This document shows, piece by piece, positions 15,348-25,550 of a stretch of 28,431 nucleotides of DNA. This DNA is from Gemmatimonadota bacterium (lineage in GTDB: Bacteria > Latescibacterota > UBA2968 > UBA8231). Numbering within the stretch: the stretch's first letter is position 1; the number at the start of each line of letters is the position of its first letter. Under the pieces are notes generated by a model that was not told the origin of the DNA, searched no databases, and saw nothing but the letters and a program-made list of their open reading frames with translations. Location of the stretch: assembly GCA_038128265.1 (NCBI GenBank), contig JAYPJE010000040.1, forward strand, positions 10,285 to 38,715, read 5' to 3'. A program made the position numbers and the translations under genes.

Positions 15348-18088
15348 TGGTTTAACCCCGCCGTCACCGTCATAAAGACCGTGCTCGCGTCCTGGCGCTG
15401 AGCCCCTTTGAGATTGCGCCGCTGAAGCTGCGCGCCAGTGCGCGTAACGATTTGGTAACCCTGATAGGCCGTTTGGTTGCGCAGCTGCACTACGCCGGTC
15501 CACGACGTAGCGTCGCGTTCGGCCCCTGGGCGCATGCCCTCGAGCAGCCACAGGCGGCCCGCTTCAATACCCACCTGCAGCTCGGTGCTAAAGAGCTGAC
15601 GACCGTATTTGGGGAAGTAGCTGACGCCGACGCTCTCGGCCAGCAGCGGCTGCGTCCACATGAGAATGGCCAGCTGTTCGACGCTTTCCGAGGCCGGCAG
15701 GCGGCGGCTGAAGGGCCGTTCGCGCCGGTACTCGCTCTTCCAGCGCGGCTCCAGCACGCCCAAGCCAATGGGTATGCTCCACTCTGCCTTATTGATCACG
15801 CCGACGAAAAAGCTGGTCTTGCGCCCTTCGCGCTGGCGCGTCGCTTCGGCCGTTTCGCGCTGCTGGGCCCAGTCCCACTTTATGCGGTGAAAGAGCCGCA
15901 CGCCCGGACCTAAGCGCTGGTCTACATCGGCGTAGAGCGCGTTTTTCCACGCGTCGAGCCCGGGCAGGAAATCGCGCACATCGACCATGCGGCCCGGGGC
16001 GTCGAGCGGCTGCACCCACTGGCGCAGATCGTCTGCGATATCGTCCTCGACGCGCGCTCCGTGTGCGGCCAGGCGCACGCGCCCTCCGCGCCCGAGCGCG
16101 CGAGCCAGCATCGCCATGTAGTAATGGGCGCGCGTGTGGCCATCGCCGGATAGAAGACGCATATCCTGACGACCCCACACCCACTTCAAACCCGGAATGA
16201 TATCCACCTGCACAAAGGCGTTATAACCGCTGTGATCTTTCTTATACGGGTAGTCCGGCAAGATGTCGTTCTCAAAGCGGTCGATCGTGCCGTTGTGGTT
16301 CATGTCTAGGCCAAAGAGAAACTCCGGCCGATCGGAGCGATAGCGCAGAAAAGGCTCTTCGTAGTCGGGCAATAAGTTGCCATTCTGGTTGTAATCGTTG
16401 AGGAAGTCGCCGTTTTCATCCAGGCCCGGCCAGGCGATCTCGCGCCGGTCGGACTGGATTGTGCCTGCGCGCTGCGCCGCATCGCTGCCCCAATTGACGA
16501 AGAACGGTCGCTGCCATTCGGTCAACCCGTTAAGATCGTCGTCGTCATCGACAAACTCGTAGAGCTGGGGAATCGGATTCTTATAGCTGATGCGGCCGCT
16601 CTGGTCGCTGATCCAATAGTTGGTGCTGTAGTCGTCCTCAATGGAGAATAGCTCGGCAAACAGCGTCCATGCGCCGCGCCGATACTGGGCGTCGAGATAG
16701 GACGCCGACGCGAGGTCCGTGCGCTCATAGTGATTGGAAATAGCCGGATTCGGATAGCGAAAAAAACGCCGGTTGAGAACAAACTCGCCCTGCAGAGAAA
16801 GGCCACCCCAGTCGACTAGGTTCCAGTCGACGCCAATCAGCTCGCTGGCCGTGGGCAGTCCGTAGTCGAGGCGCACGACGCGCGTATTGCTGTTGTCCTG
16901 CACGTTGCCGCCCGAGCGCTCGGCGGGCAGAAAGACGATTTCGGCATTGCGCCGCTGACCGTCAGTCTGCAGGTCGGATGCCATTTCAATGCGATAGTCG
17001 TTGGCCACCGAGAGCTCGACGGCGACCCGGCGCAAGTCGTCCGACTGGACGTCTTCAAAGTCTAGACTGCCCAGGTCGTATTGGAGCAGAATGCCCTCCT
17101 CGTCGCGCGCGAATAGGCGGCCTCCTTGGACAATGCCGCCCTCGACCGTTGGCAAGAAACCGATGTCGCGCCCGCGCAATTCGCGCCCGCTGGTGTCGAC
17201 GAGCACGATATCAAAACCGGCCAGCGCTGCGCCGACGGCACCGCGCCCCGGCGAATCGTCGCGCACGCGCACCCACAGCTTGTCGAGGGGCTGGTTCTGA
17301 CGCGCAGTGAGAATGCCGTGCAGCGGATTGCCCTCGTCAAATTGGACCTGCGTCAGCACGTTGTGTGCGTTGACATACGTCATTCCAAACGTTGCCTGTG
17401 CACCCAGCTGTGCTTCGGCGTGGCCGCCCACGACCGTCGTCGAGTTGGTCTGTGCCTCTTCGTCGGGATTGCTCGGGCGCGAAAGCAGCACCGTGCCGCT
17501 GTAGCGCTCGGCCGCATAGTCTAGCCGCACCCCGTTAAAGCGCGGCTTGTAAAAGGTCAGGGGCGTAAAGCGGGTAAAAATCTCATCGCCAATCATCAGG
17601 CGGTAGGCACCGGTACCGCGCTCGTCCGATGCGATGACCAAGCGGCTAAAAAAGTCGCGATAGGCCGGGCGCTGATCACCCTGCAGACGCAGGCTCGACA
17701 GTCCACCCAGATTTTTGTCTACTACGCTGCCGCGCGGACCGGGCTGCTCCTGGGTCCAGCTGTAGACCAGCCAGCCGCGCCCGAGCGGATTGCCAAACGT
17801 GTCGTACGACTCTTCTCCTTCGAGTAAGCGACTGAGATAGCGTGCATAGCCGTCGCGCGCGTAGTTGCTCTGCTGCGCATACCACGGGCTCATATAGGTC
17901 TCCGGCAAGTAGCGCGGCTCATACCATTTGTGCAGCGCCGGCGTGACGTAGTCCAACTCAAATGTCTCGCCGTAGGGATTGATCGTGGCCGTGCCCCAGC
18001 GCCGCGGATCGACTTCGCGACCCTGCCCCCAGGCCGCCGCACAGAGGACGAGCAGCCACAGCACGCTATGCGAACGCACGCCGTTCAA
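15344..18088 (-). CDS. Large secreted protein, family B copy 1 (putative outer-membrane beta-rich protein with Asp-rich Ca-binding-like insert)
   Basis: 914 aa, TTG start overlapping the upstream TGA, signal peptide. Paralog of 9767..12403. Confidence 0.75.
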   Translation of the reverse strand: MNGVRSHSVLWLLVLCAAAWGQGREVDPRRWGTATINPYGETFELDYVTPALHKWYEPRYLPETYMSPWYAQQSNYARDGYARYLSRLLEGEESYDTFGNPLGRGWLVYSWTQEQPGPRGSVVDKNLGGLSSLRLQGDQRPAYRDFFSRLVIASDERGTGAYRLMIGDEIFTRFTPLTFYKPRFNGVRLDYAAERYSGTVLLSRPSNPDEEAQTNSTTVVGGHAEAQLGAQATFGMTYVNAHNVLTQVQFDEGNPLHGILTARQNQPLDKLWVRVRDDSPGRGAVGAALAGFDIVLVDTSGRELRGRDIGFLPTVEGGIVQGGRLFARDEEGILLQYDLGSLDFEDVQSDDLRRVAVELSVANDYRIEMASDLQTDGQRRNAEIVFLPAERSGGNVQDNSNTRVVRLDYGLPTASELIGVDWNLVDWGGLSLQGEFVLNRRFFRYPNPAISNHYERTDLASASYLDAQYRRGAWTLFAELFSIEDDYSTNYWISDQSGRISYKNPIPQLYEFVDDDDDLNGLTEWQRPFFVNWGSDAAQRAGTIQSDRREIAWPGLDENGDFLNDYNQNGNLLPDYEEPFLRYRSDRPEFLFGLDMNHNGTIDRFENDILPDYPYKKDHSGYNAFVQVDIIPGLKWVWGRQDMRLLSGDGHTRAHYYMAMLARALGRGGRVRLAAHGARVEDDIADDLRQWVQPLDAPGRMVDVRDFLPGLDAWKNALYADVDQRLGPGVRLFHRIKWDWAQQRETAEATRQREGRKTSFFVGVINKAEWSIPIGLGVLEPRWKSEYRRERPFSRRLPASESVEQLAILMWTQPLLAESVGVSYFPKYGRQLFSTELQVGIEAGRLWLLEGMRPGAERDATSWTGVVQLRNQTAYQGYQIVTRTGAQLQRRNLKGAQRQDASTVFMTVTAGLNQ

Positions 18089-20610
18089 TAGACCACGTGT
18101 AGCAGGCGCACGACCTGCGTACCCTCCGCTGCGCTATCGGTGCCGAAGCGCACCCGTACCGCATAAATGCCCGGCGGCACGAGCGAACCGCCTTCATCGC
18201 GCCCATCCCATGCGACGACGTGCTCGCCGCTGGGGCGGGCACGTCGCGTCGACAGGTCGCGCACCCGGCGCCCCAACAGATCAAAAATTTCAACGCCGAG
18301 CTCTTTTTCGCCCTCTAGGTGATAGACCGATAGCGCGATGGAAGTGCGGTCGTTAATGCCGTCGCCGTTGGGCGTAAACACATTGGGGTCTACTGTCACA
18401 TCGCGCAGCAGCTGCGTGTCCTCCAGATCGGATACGACGACCAGCGTCTGCGACGAAACTAGCGCGCTAGCATCGCCGCTGCTGACGCGCTGGACGCGCC
18501 CGGGCCGCGTCTGCCGCTCGAGCTCGACGCCAAATACCGTGCTCTGCAGAAAAACTTTCGTTCTAAACTTCAGCTCATAGGTCTGGTTGCCCCGCAGCAC
18601 GGGGCTGGGAAAGCGCAGCGCTACCGCACCGTCGGCATCCCGCTCTTCCTGCAGCACGCCCGGCCACAGGGCCTGCCCGCCTCCCAGACGCAGCGCGGCA
18701 TCCGCGCCCGCGCGCACCGAAACCAATTCGATAGGCACGTCCGACGACGAGCGCAGGCGCATGAGGTCAAAGCCGGGATTGCCGCTGGCAAACTGCGGTT
18801 TTACATACAGAGTGAATTCGCGCTCGACGCCCGGCTCCACCTGCCAAATGGGCCAAATTTCGCCCAGCACGTTGTCGACCAGCGGCGGCTCAAAGTTGAG
18901 CTGCAGCGAGCGGATGCGCGCAGCGCGCAGCGGCTCGCGCGAAACAAGCCGCACTTCGACCTGTGCGTAGCCGCGCGGACTGGGCGATTTAAAGTCGACA
19001 CCCGAGCCTTCGTACATCTCGCTCCAACTGCTCCAATCGGGTCCGGCGCGCTCCTCAATAACGACGGCCGGACGGCGGCTCTCGGGAATCAGCTCCCACA
19101 GCGTCTTGGATATCTCGCGCCCGGTGATGGCGAAGTAGTGCGGAATTTCCTCGATCCGCTCACCGGAGCGGGTGCGCACCTCAATGCGCGTGCCCGGCGG
19201 CGCATCGCCGTCCCATTCGACTGTGGTAAAGAGGCGCGGTCGAGTGAGGCGAATAAAGGGCGATACCATCGCCACTTCCGAGACGTAGCCCTCGCCAAAG
19301 GCTTGCACTTCGCTCAGCTCGCCGCTCTCTTCGCCCGTATTGCTGAATTCGAGGCGACGCACCTCGATGTAACGCACTTCGCGCGTGCTGAACAATTCCT
19401 CCACGTGCTGATAGCCGCTCAGGTTCTGGCGCTCGCCTAGCGAGGTCCATACCTGTTCGCCGTTGGCGCTAAACGCCCCGTCGGATATGCGCAGCTGGTA
19501 AGCCGGCGGCGGCCCCTCCGGCATCAGCAGCTTGATGCGGTTGAGCCAATACTTAGCGCCTAGGTCGAGCACCAGTTGGTTCTCGTCCGTCACCGGATCG
19601 TAGATGCGCATGGGAAAGGCCGAACTGTAAAGGCCGTCGGTGTAAATGCGAAAAAAGAGGAATTCGAATCCGCTCTCGCCGGCGCCTAGCTCGCGCTCAC
19701 TCTGCGTCAGCTGCACGATATTTTCCCCCAGCGAGTAGACCTCCACTTCGGCCAGGCGCGGGCGCTCGTAGCGGTAGTAGCGCACGGGACCGCGCTCCGC
19801 TTCGCCCAGCGCATTCCACACCTCTTCGCCGATGAGTATTTCGCGGCCGGTGGGGGTGACGCGAAAGTAGTCGACGGCTCCCTGGTCTTCTTCCGGTAGC
19901 AGCGCATAGTCAGCGCTCGACACTTCTTCGGCGCGCGGTCCATCCGTATCGAGCACGTCGATGCGCAGGTACTGCATCACTTCGCCGCCGATGCCCTCCG
20001 GCACGGGTCGCTGCGGTTCGATATCAAAGACGTACTCGCGCTGCTCTTTGTTGGGCTGCGTTTCTAGTCCCACGCGATAGAAGCGTCGGCGCTGCTCTTC
20101 GCCAAAGCGCTGACCGTCCGAGGCGACGACGCGAAACTTCAAGAAAGGATCGCCCAGTTCCTCGTCTACAAAGCGCAGCACCACTCGGTGGGCGACCACA
20201 GCGCGCCCCAGGTCGACCTCGATAAACCAGTTATCAAGGGGCGTTTCGCGCAGCGGCTCCCAGTAGGTTTGTCCATCGCCGTCGAGCACGAGGGGACCGT
20301 CGAGCACGTTGCTGCCGGCCTCGTGCACACCGCCCTGTAGCGTATCGTTGGATACAAAGGGGTTGACGTAGACAAAGCGCTCCGCGTCGAGCGAGACGTT
20401 GATATCGCTGCGTAGGAAGCGCGGCTCTACTGCACCGCCATCGCCAATGACCTGAACGCCGGGAGGCGCGTTCCACAGCTGCCAATCGCCGGCCCGGTCA
20501 ATGCGAACCTGCGTGGAGAGCAGTCGGTAGCCCAGCGAATCTTGCGCACGGGTAGCGTCAATCCAGCAAAGAGCAAATAGCAGCGTGCAGCGCACAGCAA
20601 AAGCGAGCAA
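18085..20610 (-). CDS. Secreted protein, family A copy 1: two discoidin-like modules plus C-terminal FlgD-Ig / CHU_C-like domain
   Basis: 841 aa, TTG start (exact start uncertain), signal peptide. WFIEVDLGRAVVAHRVVLRF and LVLDLGAKYWLNRIKLL; VFTPNGDGIND...WDGRDEGG..VPPGIY...HVVY. Confidence 0.8.
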   Translation of the reverse strand: MLAFAVRCTLLFALCWIDATRAQDSLGYRLLSTQVRIDRAGDWQLWNAPPGVQVIGDGGAVEPRFLRSDINVSLDAERFVYVNPFVSNDTLQGGVHEAGSNVLDGPLVLDGDGQTYWEPLRETPLDNWFIEVDLGRAVVAHRVVLRFVDEELGDPFLKFRVVASDGQRFGEEQRRRFYRVGLETQPNKEQREYVFDIEPQRPVPEGIGGEVMQYLRIDVLDTDGPRAEEVSSADYALLPEEDQGAVDYFRVTPTGREILIGEEVWNALGEAERGPVRYYRYERPRLAEVEVYSLGENIVQLTQSERELGAGESGFEFLFFRIYTDGLYSSAFPMRIYDPVTDENQLVLDLGAKYWLNRIKLLMPEGPPPAYQLRISDGAFSANGEQVWTSLGERQNLSGYQHVEELFSTREVRYIEVRRLEFSNTGEESGELSEVQAFGEGYVSEVAMVSPFIRLTRPRLFTTVEWDGDAPPGTRIEVRTRSGERIEEIPHYFAITGREISKTLWELIPESRRPAVVIEERAGPDWSSWSEMYEGSGVDFKSPSPRGYAQVEVRLVSREPLRAARIRSLQLNFEPPLVDNVLGEIWPIWQVEPGVEREFTLYVKPQFASGNPGFDLMRLRSSSDVPIELVSVRAGADAALRLGGGQALWPGVLQEERDADGAVALRFPSPVLRGNQTYELKFRTKVFLQSTVFGVELERQTRPGRVQRVSSGDASALVSSQTLVVVSDLEDTQLLRDVTVDPNVFTPNGDGINDRTSIALSVYHLEGEKELGVEIFDLLGRRVRDLSTRRARPSGEHVVAWDGRDEGGSLVPPGIYAVRVRFGTDSAAEGTQVVRLLHVVY

Positions 20611-20828
20611 AAGAGTTCGGCCTGATCTGAGTGAATCCGAGAAGCAGAAGGGAATGGCACTATAGAGACGCGCGATAGAACAAAGTGGAGAATGCCCGTT
20701 GCCGCAATACGGTCGCCCGTCCAGCGCGCGCCTATTGTCAAGCAGTGGATTTGAACGTACTTATACGTGCGATGCGCACCTGCCGCTGCGGCGGATCCGC
20801 GATCCAATCCATCACAGAGGACCGAATA

Positions 20829-22454
<1,626 letters not shown>

Positions 22455-22485
22455 GCTACAGGTCTCCATTCACTGTGTAGTGCGC

Positions 22486-22528
22486 GTGCGCCGACGGGCC
22501 GAGACAGCCTGTCGGCGCACCGTTTTTT
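22486..22528 (+). terminator. Intrinsic terminator after fumarase
   Basis: GTGCGCCGACGGGC-loop-GCCTGTCGGCGCAC 14 bp stem followed by CG and T6. Confidence 0.8.
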
Positions 22529-22611
22529 ACTGCATTTTGCCATAAACCCGGCACTATGCCCATATTATGGACCGTTCCGTTTCACCCCCAAAAACCGGCG
22601 AGTAAAAAACG

Positions 22612-23850
22612 ATGAATTCCGATCGCATGCTCACGCCCGAAGAGGCGCGCGACATTGTCCTAGAGCACATCAAACCTCTGGGCATTGAACGCATCTCTCT
22701 GCTCGACGCTACGGGCCGCGTGCTAGCGCGCGACGTGCTGGCGCGCCGCGACAACCCACCGCACGACAATTCCGCTATGGACGGCTTTGCCGTGCGCTAC
22801 GACGAAGTAGCCAACGCCACCGCAGAAAACCCAGTGAAGCTGCAGGTCGTAGAAGACATTCCCGCCGGCAGCGTGCCGCAGCGCGAACTTGGCCCCGGAC
22901 AGGCCAGCCGCATAATGACCGGTGCCATCGTGCCGACAGGCGCCGATGCCATCGTGCCGGTTGAGGACGCGCAGAGCGAAGGGGACCGCGTCGCCATTTT
23001 AGACGTCGAGGAACTGGGCGCACACATCCGCGCGCGCGGCGAAGACATGCGCGCTGGCGCACCGGTGCTGAGGGTGGGTCAGGTGCTCGGACCCGGCGAG
23101 ATCTCCGTGCTGGCGACGCTGCAGCAAAGTTTTGTCACCGTCTATCGCCGGGCGCGCGTAGCCATTATCACCACCGGCGACGAGCTCGTTGAGATCGAAG
23201 ATGAGGTCGGACCGGGGCAAATCGTCAACGGCAACACCGCCGCTCTGGCGGCCTTCTGTCGCGCGCACGGCGCCGAACCGCTCATGTTGCCCATTGCCCG
23301 CGACGACAGAGACGATATTCGCCGCACGATAGAGGCGGCACTCGACGCGGACTTTGTGCTCTCTTCAGGCGGCGTCTCCGTCGGCGACTACGATTTCGTC
23401 AAAGAGGTGCTCGACGCAATGGATGCCAAGACAATTTTTTGGCGCGTGGCCATGAAGCCGGGTAAACCGCTGCTGTTTTGCACCATCGGTTCGACGCCCT
23501 ACTTCGGCCTGCCCGGCAATCCCGTGTCGAGTATGATGTCTTTTTTGCAGTTTGTGCGCCCCGCTCTCTACAAGGCGGGCGGCCACCTACCCGCGGCCTG
23601 GCCGCTGCCGCAGACTACGGCCCTGCTCGACAGCGCCGTTGAGAACGACGGCAACCGCCGCAACTACATGCGCTGCCGGCTCTACTACTGCGACGAGAGC
23701 GGCGCACTGCGCGCCGAAATCTTTGCCCAGCAGGGCTCGCACATGGTTTCGTCGATGATCGGCGCCAACGGCATCGCCGTCTTCGCCCCCGAAACGCGCG
23801 TGGAGGCCAACGAGCGCATCGCCGTGCAAATTATCGGTCCCATCGCCTAA
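22612..23850 (+). CDS. moeA: Molybdopterin molybdotransferase (gephyrin-like)
   Basis: NSAMDGFAV, RIMTGA, TGDEL, SGGVSVGDYDFVK, MKPGKP, FGLPGNPVS, QGSH motifs; 412 aa. Confidence 0.97.
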   Translation: MNSDRMLTPEEARDIVLEHIKPLGIERISLLDATGRVLARDVLARRDNPPHDNSAMDGFAVRYDEVANATAENPVKLQVVEDIPAGSVPQRELGPGQASRIMTGAIVPTGADAIVPVEDAQSEGDRVAILDVEELGAHIRARGEDMRAGAPVLRVGQVLGPGEISVLATLQQSFVTVYRRARVAIITTGDELVEIEDEVGPGQIVNGNTAALAAFCRAHGAEPLMLPIARDDRDDIRRTIEAALDADFVLSSGGVSVGDYDFVKEVLDAMDAKTIFWRVAMKPGKPLLFCTIGSTPYFGLPGNPVSSMMSFLQFVRPALYKAGGHLPAAWPLPQTTALLDSAVENDGNRRNYMRCRLYYCDESGALRAEIFAQQGSHMVSSMIGANGIAVFAPETRVEANERIAVQIIGPIA

Positions 23851-23868
23851 GAGGAGGCCCTACAGCCC

Positions 23869-24879
23869 ATGAACCGCCCACCCGACCAATTCAAGCGCAT
23901 TTCCGTAGCGCAGCTGCGCCGCTTTGCCGCGGCCTGTCTCAAAGCCAGCGGCATGACGCCCGAACACGCAGACCAACTAGCTGAACTACTGAGTAACTCC
24001 GACCTGCGCGGCGTGCGCTCGCACGGCACGCGGCAAATACTCGGCTACTGCGGCGGCCTGCGCGAGCGGAACGTCAATCCAACGCCCGATATACAGATCG
24101 TGCAGGAAACCGATACCTCCGTCCTAGTCGACGGCGACGGTGGCCTGGGCTACGCGCCGATGATGCACGCAACCGAATTGGCTATAGCCAAAGCAAAAGA
24201 GAAAAAGGTGGCCATTGGCGCCACCCGCCACCACGGCCACTACGGCTCGGCGGGACACTACGTGCGCCGCGCCATGGAAGAGGGCTGCACCGCTTTTTCC
24301 GTGCAGGGATCCCACCCTACGCGCTTTGGCGAAGGCGGCGGCAACAAGGGACAATCCTCAGCCTACTGGGGCAACCCGCCCATTTGCTTTGGCTTTCCGT
24401 CTGGGGAAGAGCCGCCGCTCGTTCTGGACGCGGCGACCTGTATCTTAGCTGACTACCAGCGCGGCGATCAGTTTGATGCGCTGCAGTCGCTCATTCCCGC
24501 CGCCTTTTTCAAGAGCATGGGGTATACGGGGGCGGCCACAGCGCTGGGTGGCACGTTTGTCGGCCAGAGCAACGCGGCCGCACGCGCCGTCGAAGAGACA
24601 TGGCCAGCAGCGCGCGGCGGCGGGCTTATTATCGTACTCGACATAGAAGCCTTTGTGCCGGCCGCAGAATTTCGCAGCGGCATCGACTTTCTCGTGCGCG
24701 GCGTGCGCGAAACCATGGAGCCGCTGCCCGGCTACGGCGAAGCGACGCTGCCCGGCACGGTCGAATACCGCAACCAACAGGCCTACGCCGAAGAAGGCGT
24801 GCCCTATGCGCTGGAAGATCTACAGCGCCTGGAAGAGTGTGGCCGCCTGTGCGGCATTGAACCGGAGTGGGCCCAGTGA
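23869..24879 (+). CDS. Ldh_2 family (malate/L-lactate/sulfolactate/ureidoglycolate dehydrogenase-like) oxidoreductase
   Basis: SDLRGVRSHG, VDGDGGLG, HHGHYGSAGHY, WGNPPICFGFP and LPG motifs; GAGGAGG RBS. Confidence 0.88.
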   Translation: MNRPPDQFKRISVAQLRRFAAACLKASGMTPEHADQLAELLSNSDLRGVRSHGTRQILGYCGGLRERNVNPTPDIQIVQETDTSVLVDGDGGLGYAPMMHATELAIAKAKEKKVAIGATRHHGHYGSAGHYVRRAMEEGCTAFSVQGSHPTRFGEGGGNKGQSSAYWGNPPICFGFPSGEEPPLVLDAATCILADYQRGDQFDALQSLIPAAFFKSMGYTGAATALGGTFVGQSNAAARAVEETWPAARGGGLIIVLDIEAFVPAAEFRSGIDFLVRGVRETMEPLPGYGEATLPGTVEYRNQQAYAEEGVPYALEDLQRLEECGRLCGIEPEWAQ

Positions 24880-25550
24880 ATATGCCCGTCTACGCGCCCC
24901 CACCCGTTCACCGACTGGTCTTTCGCGCCCAGCTGCGTCCTGCGGCGGCAGACCGCCTGCCCGACAAACTAGCGCTTCTAAAACCGTCGTTGGAAAAAAA
25001 AATAGCCAGCGGGCAGGTCCTGACGGCGAGTATTTTCCAAGCGCACGACCAGCTCTTTCTCTACTGCGAATGCCCTCGCACCAAGCTACCGCCCAGCGAA
25101 ATAGCTGCTCCACTAGACGAGTTGCTTCAAGACTGGCCCGGGGCAACAGCCCCGAGGTGCTGGGTGCCGATGATGGACATTTTCCACTACAGTCGACCGC
25201 TGAGCATTGAGCACTGGCGGCGCGGCGAAGCGCCGCGGGAGTCCACCGGCCGAATCATATACCTGCGCCCGGAAATGGTCAGCAGCTACATTTTCTATCA
25301 CTTTCAGCTGCAAGAGGAGAAGCCCGGTTCGCTGGGCAGCAAGTACGGATTGATTGCACAGCACGAAAACCTGCTCTTTTTCTACATGGAAAAACCCGAC
25401 GTAGTAGAGAGCGAATCGTATACGGGCCATCTCAAGACACAGAATACGCCGCCCAATTGGGGCGAGGTTATGGATCCGCATTTCCAGCCTTGGTCCGACG
25501 AAGAGGGAGAGCGTCTGTGGCGCCTCATTAAATGCATCTTCTCTATTTGA
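24876..25550 (+). CDS. Hypothetical protein with probable tandem L-rhamnose-mutarotase-like (dimeric alpha+beta barrel) domains
   Basis: Coupled GTG 24876 (or ATG 24882). Two repeats: QLRP..SIFQAHDQLFLYCE..WVPMMDIFHY and YLRPEMVSSYIFYH..HENLLFFYME..WRLIKCIFSI. Confidence 0.6.
   Translation: MNMPVYAPPPVHRLVFRAQLRPAAADRLPDKLALLKPSLEKKIASGQVLTASIFQAHDQLFLYCECPRTKLPPSEIAAPLDELLQDWPGATAPRCWVPMMDIFHYSRPLSIEHWRRGEAPRESTGRIIYLRPEMVSSYIFYHFQLQEEKPGSLGSKYGLIAQHENLLFFYMEKPDVVESESYTGHLKTQNTPPNWGEVMDPHFQPWSDEEGERLWRLIKCIFSI

Noticed and set aside
6334..20610. Flagellar hook-cap (flgD) or phage tail locus
   Set aside because: The FlgD-like part is only a C-terminal Ig domain on Sec-exported proteins. No flagellar, capsid, terminase or integrase genes are present.
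20650..20680. Third copy of the ECF -35 box (GGGAATG)
   Set aside because: No TGTCTAA-like -10 box at 16-17 nt spacing.
20703..20718. Possible sigma54 promoter for the surface operon (minus strand GGGCGACCGTATTGCG)
   Set aside because: GG-N10-GC spacing fits, but the -24 box is a poor match and no enhancer is evident. Too weak to call.
20685..20828. 48 aa N-terminal extension of fumarase in the ORF track
   Set aside because: Family similarity and a good RBS begin at ATG 20829.
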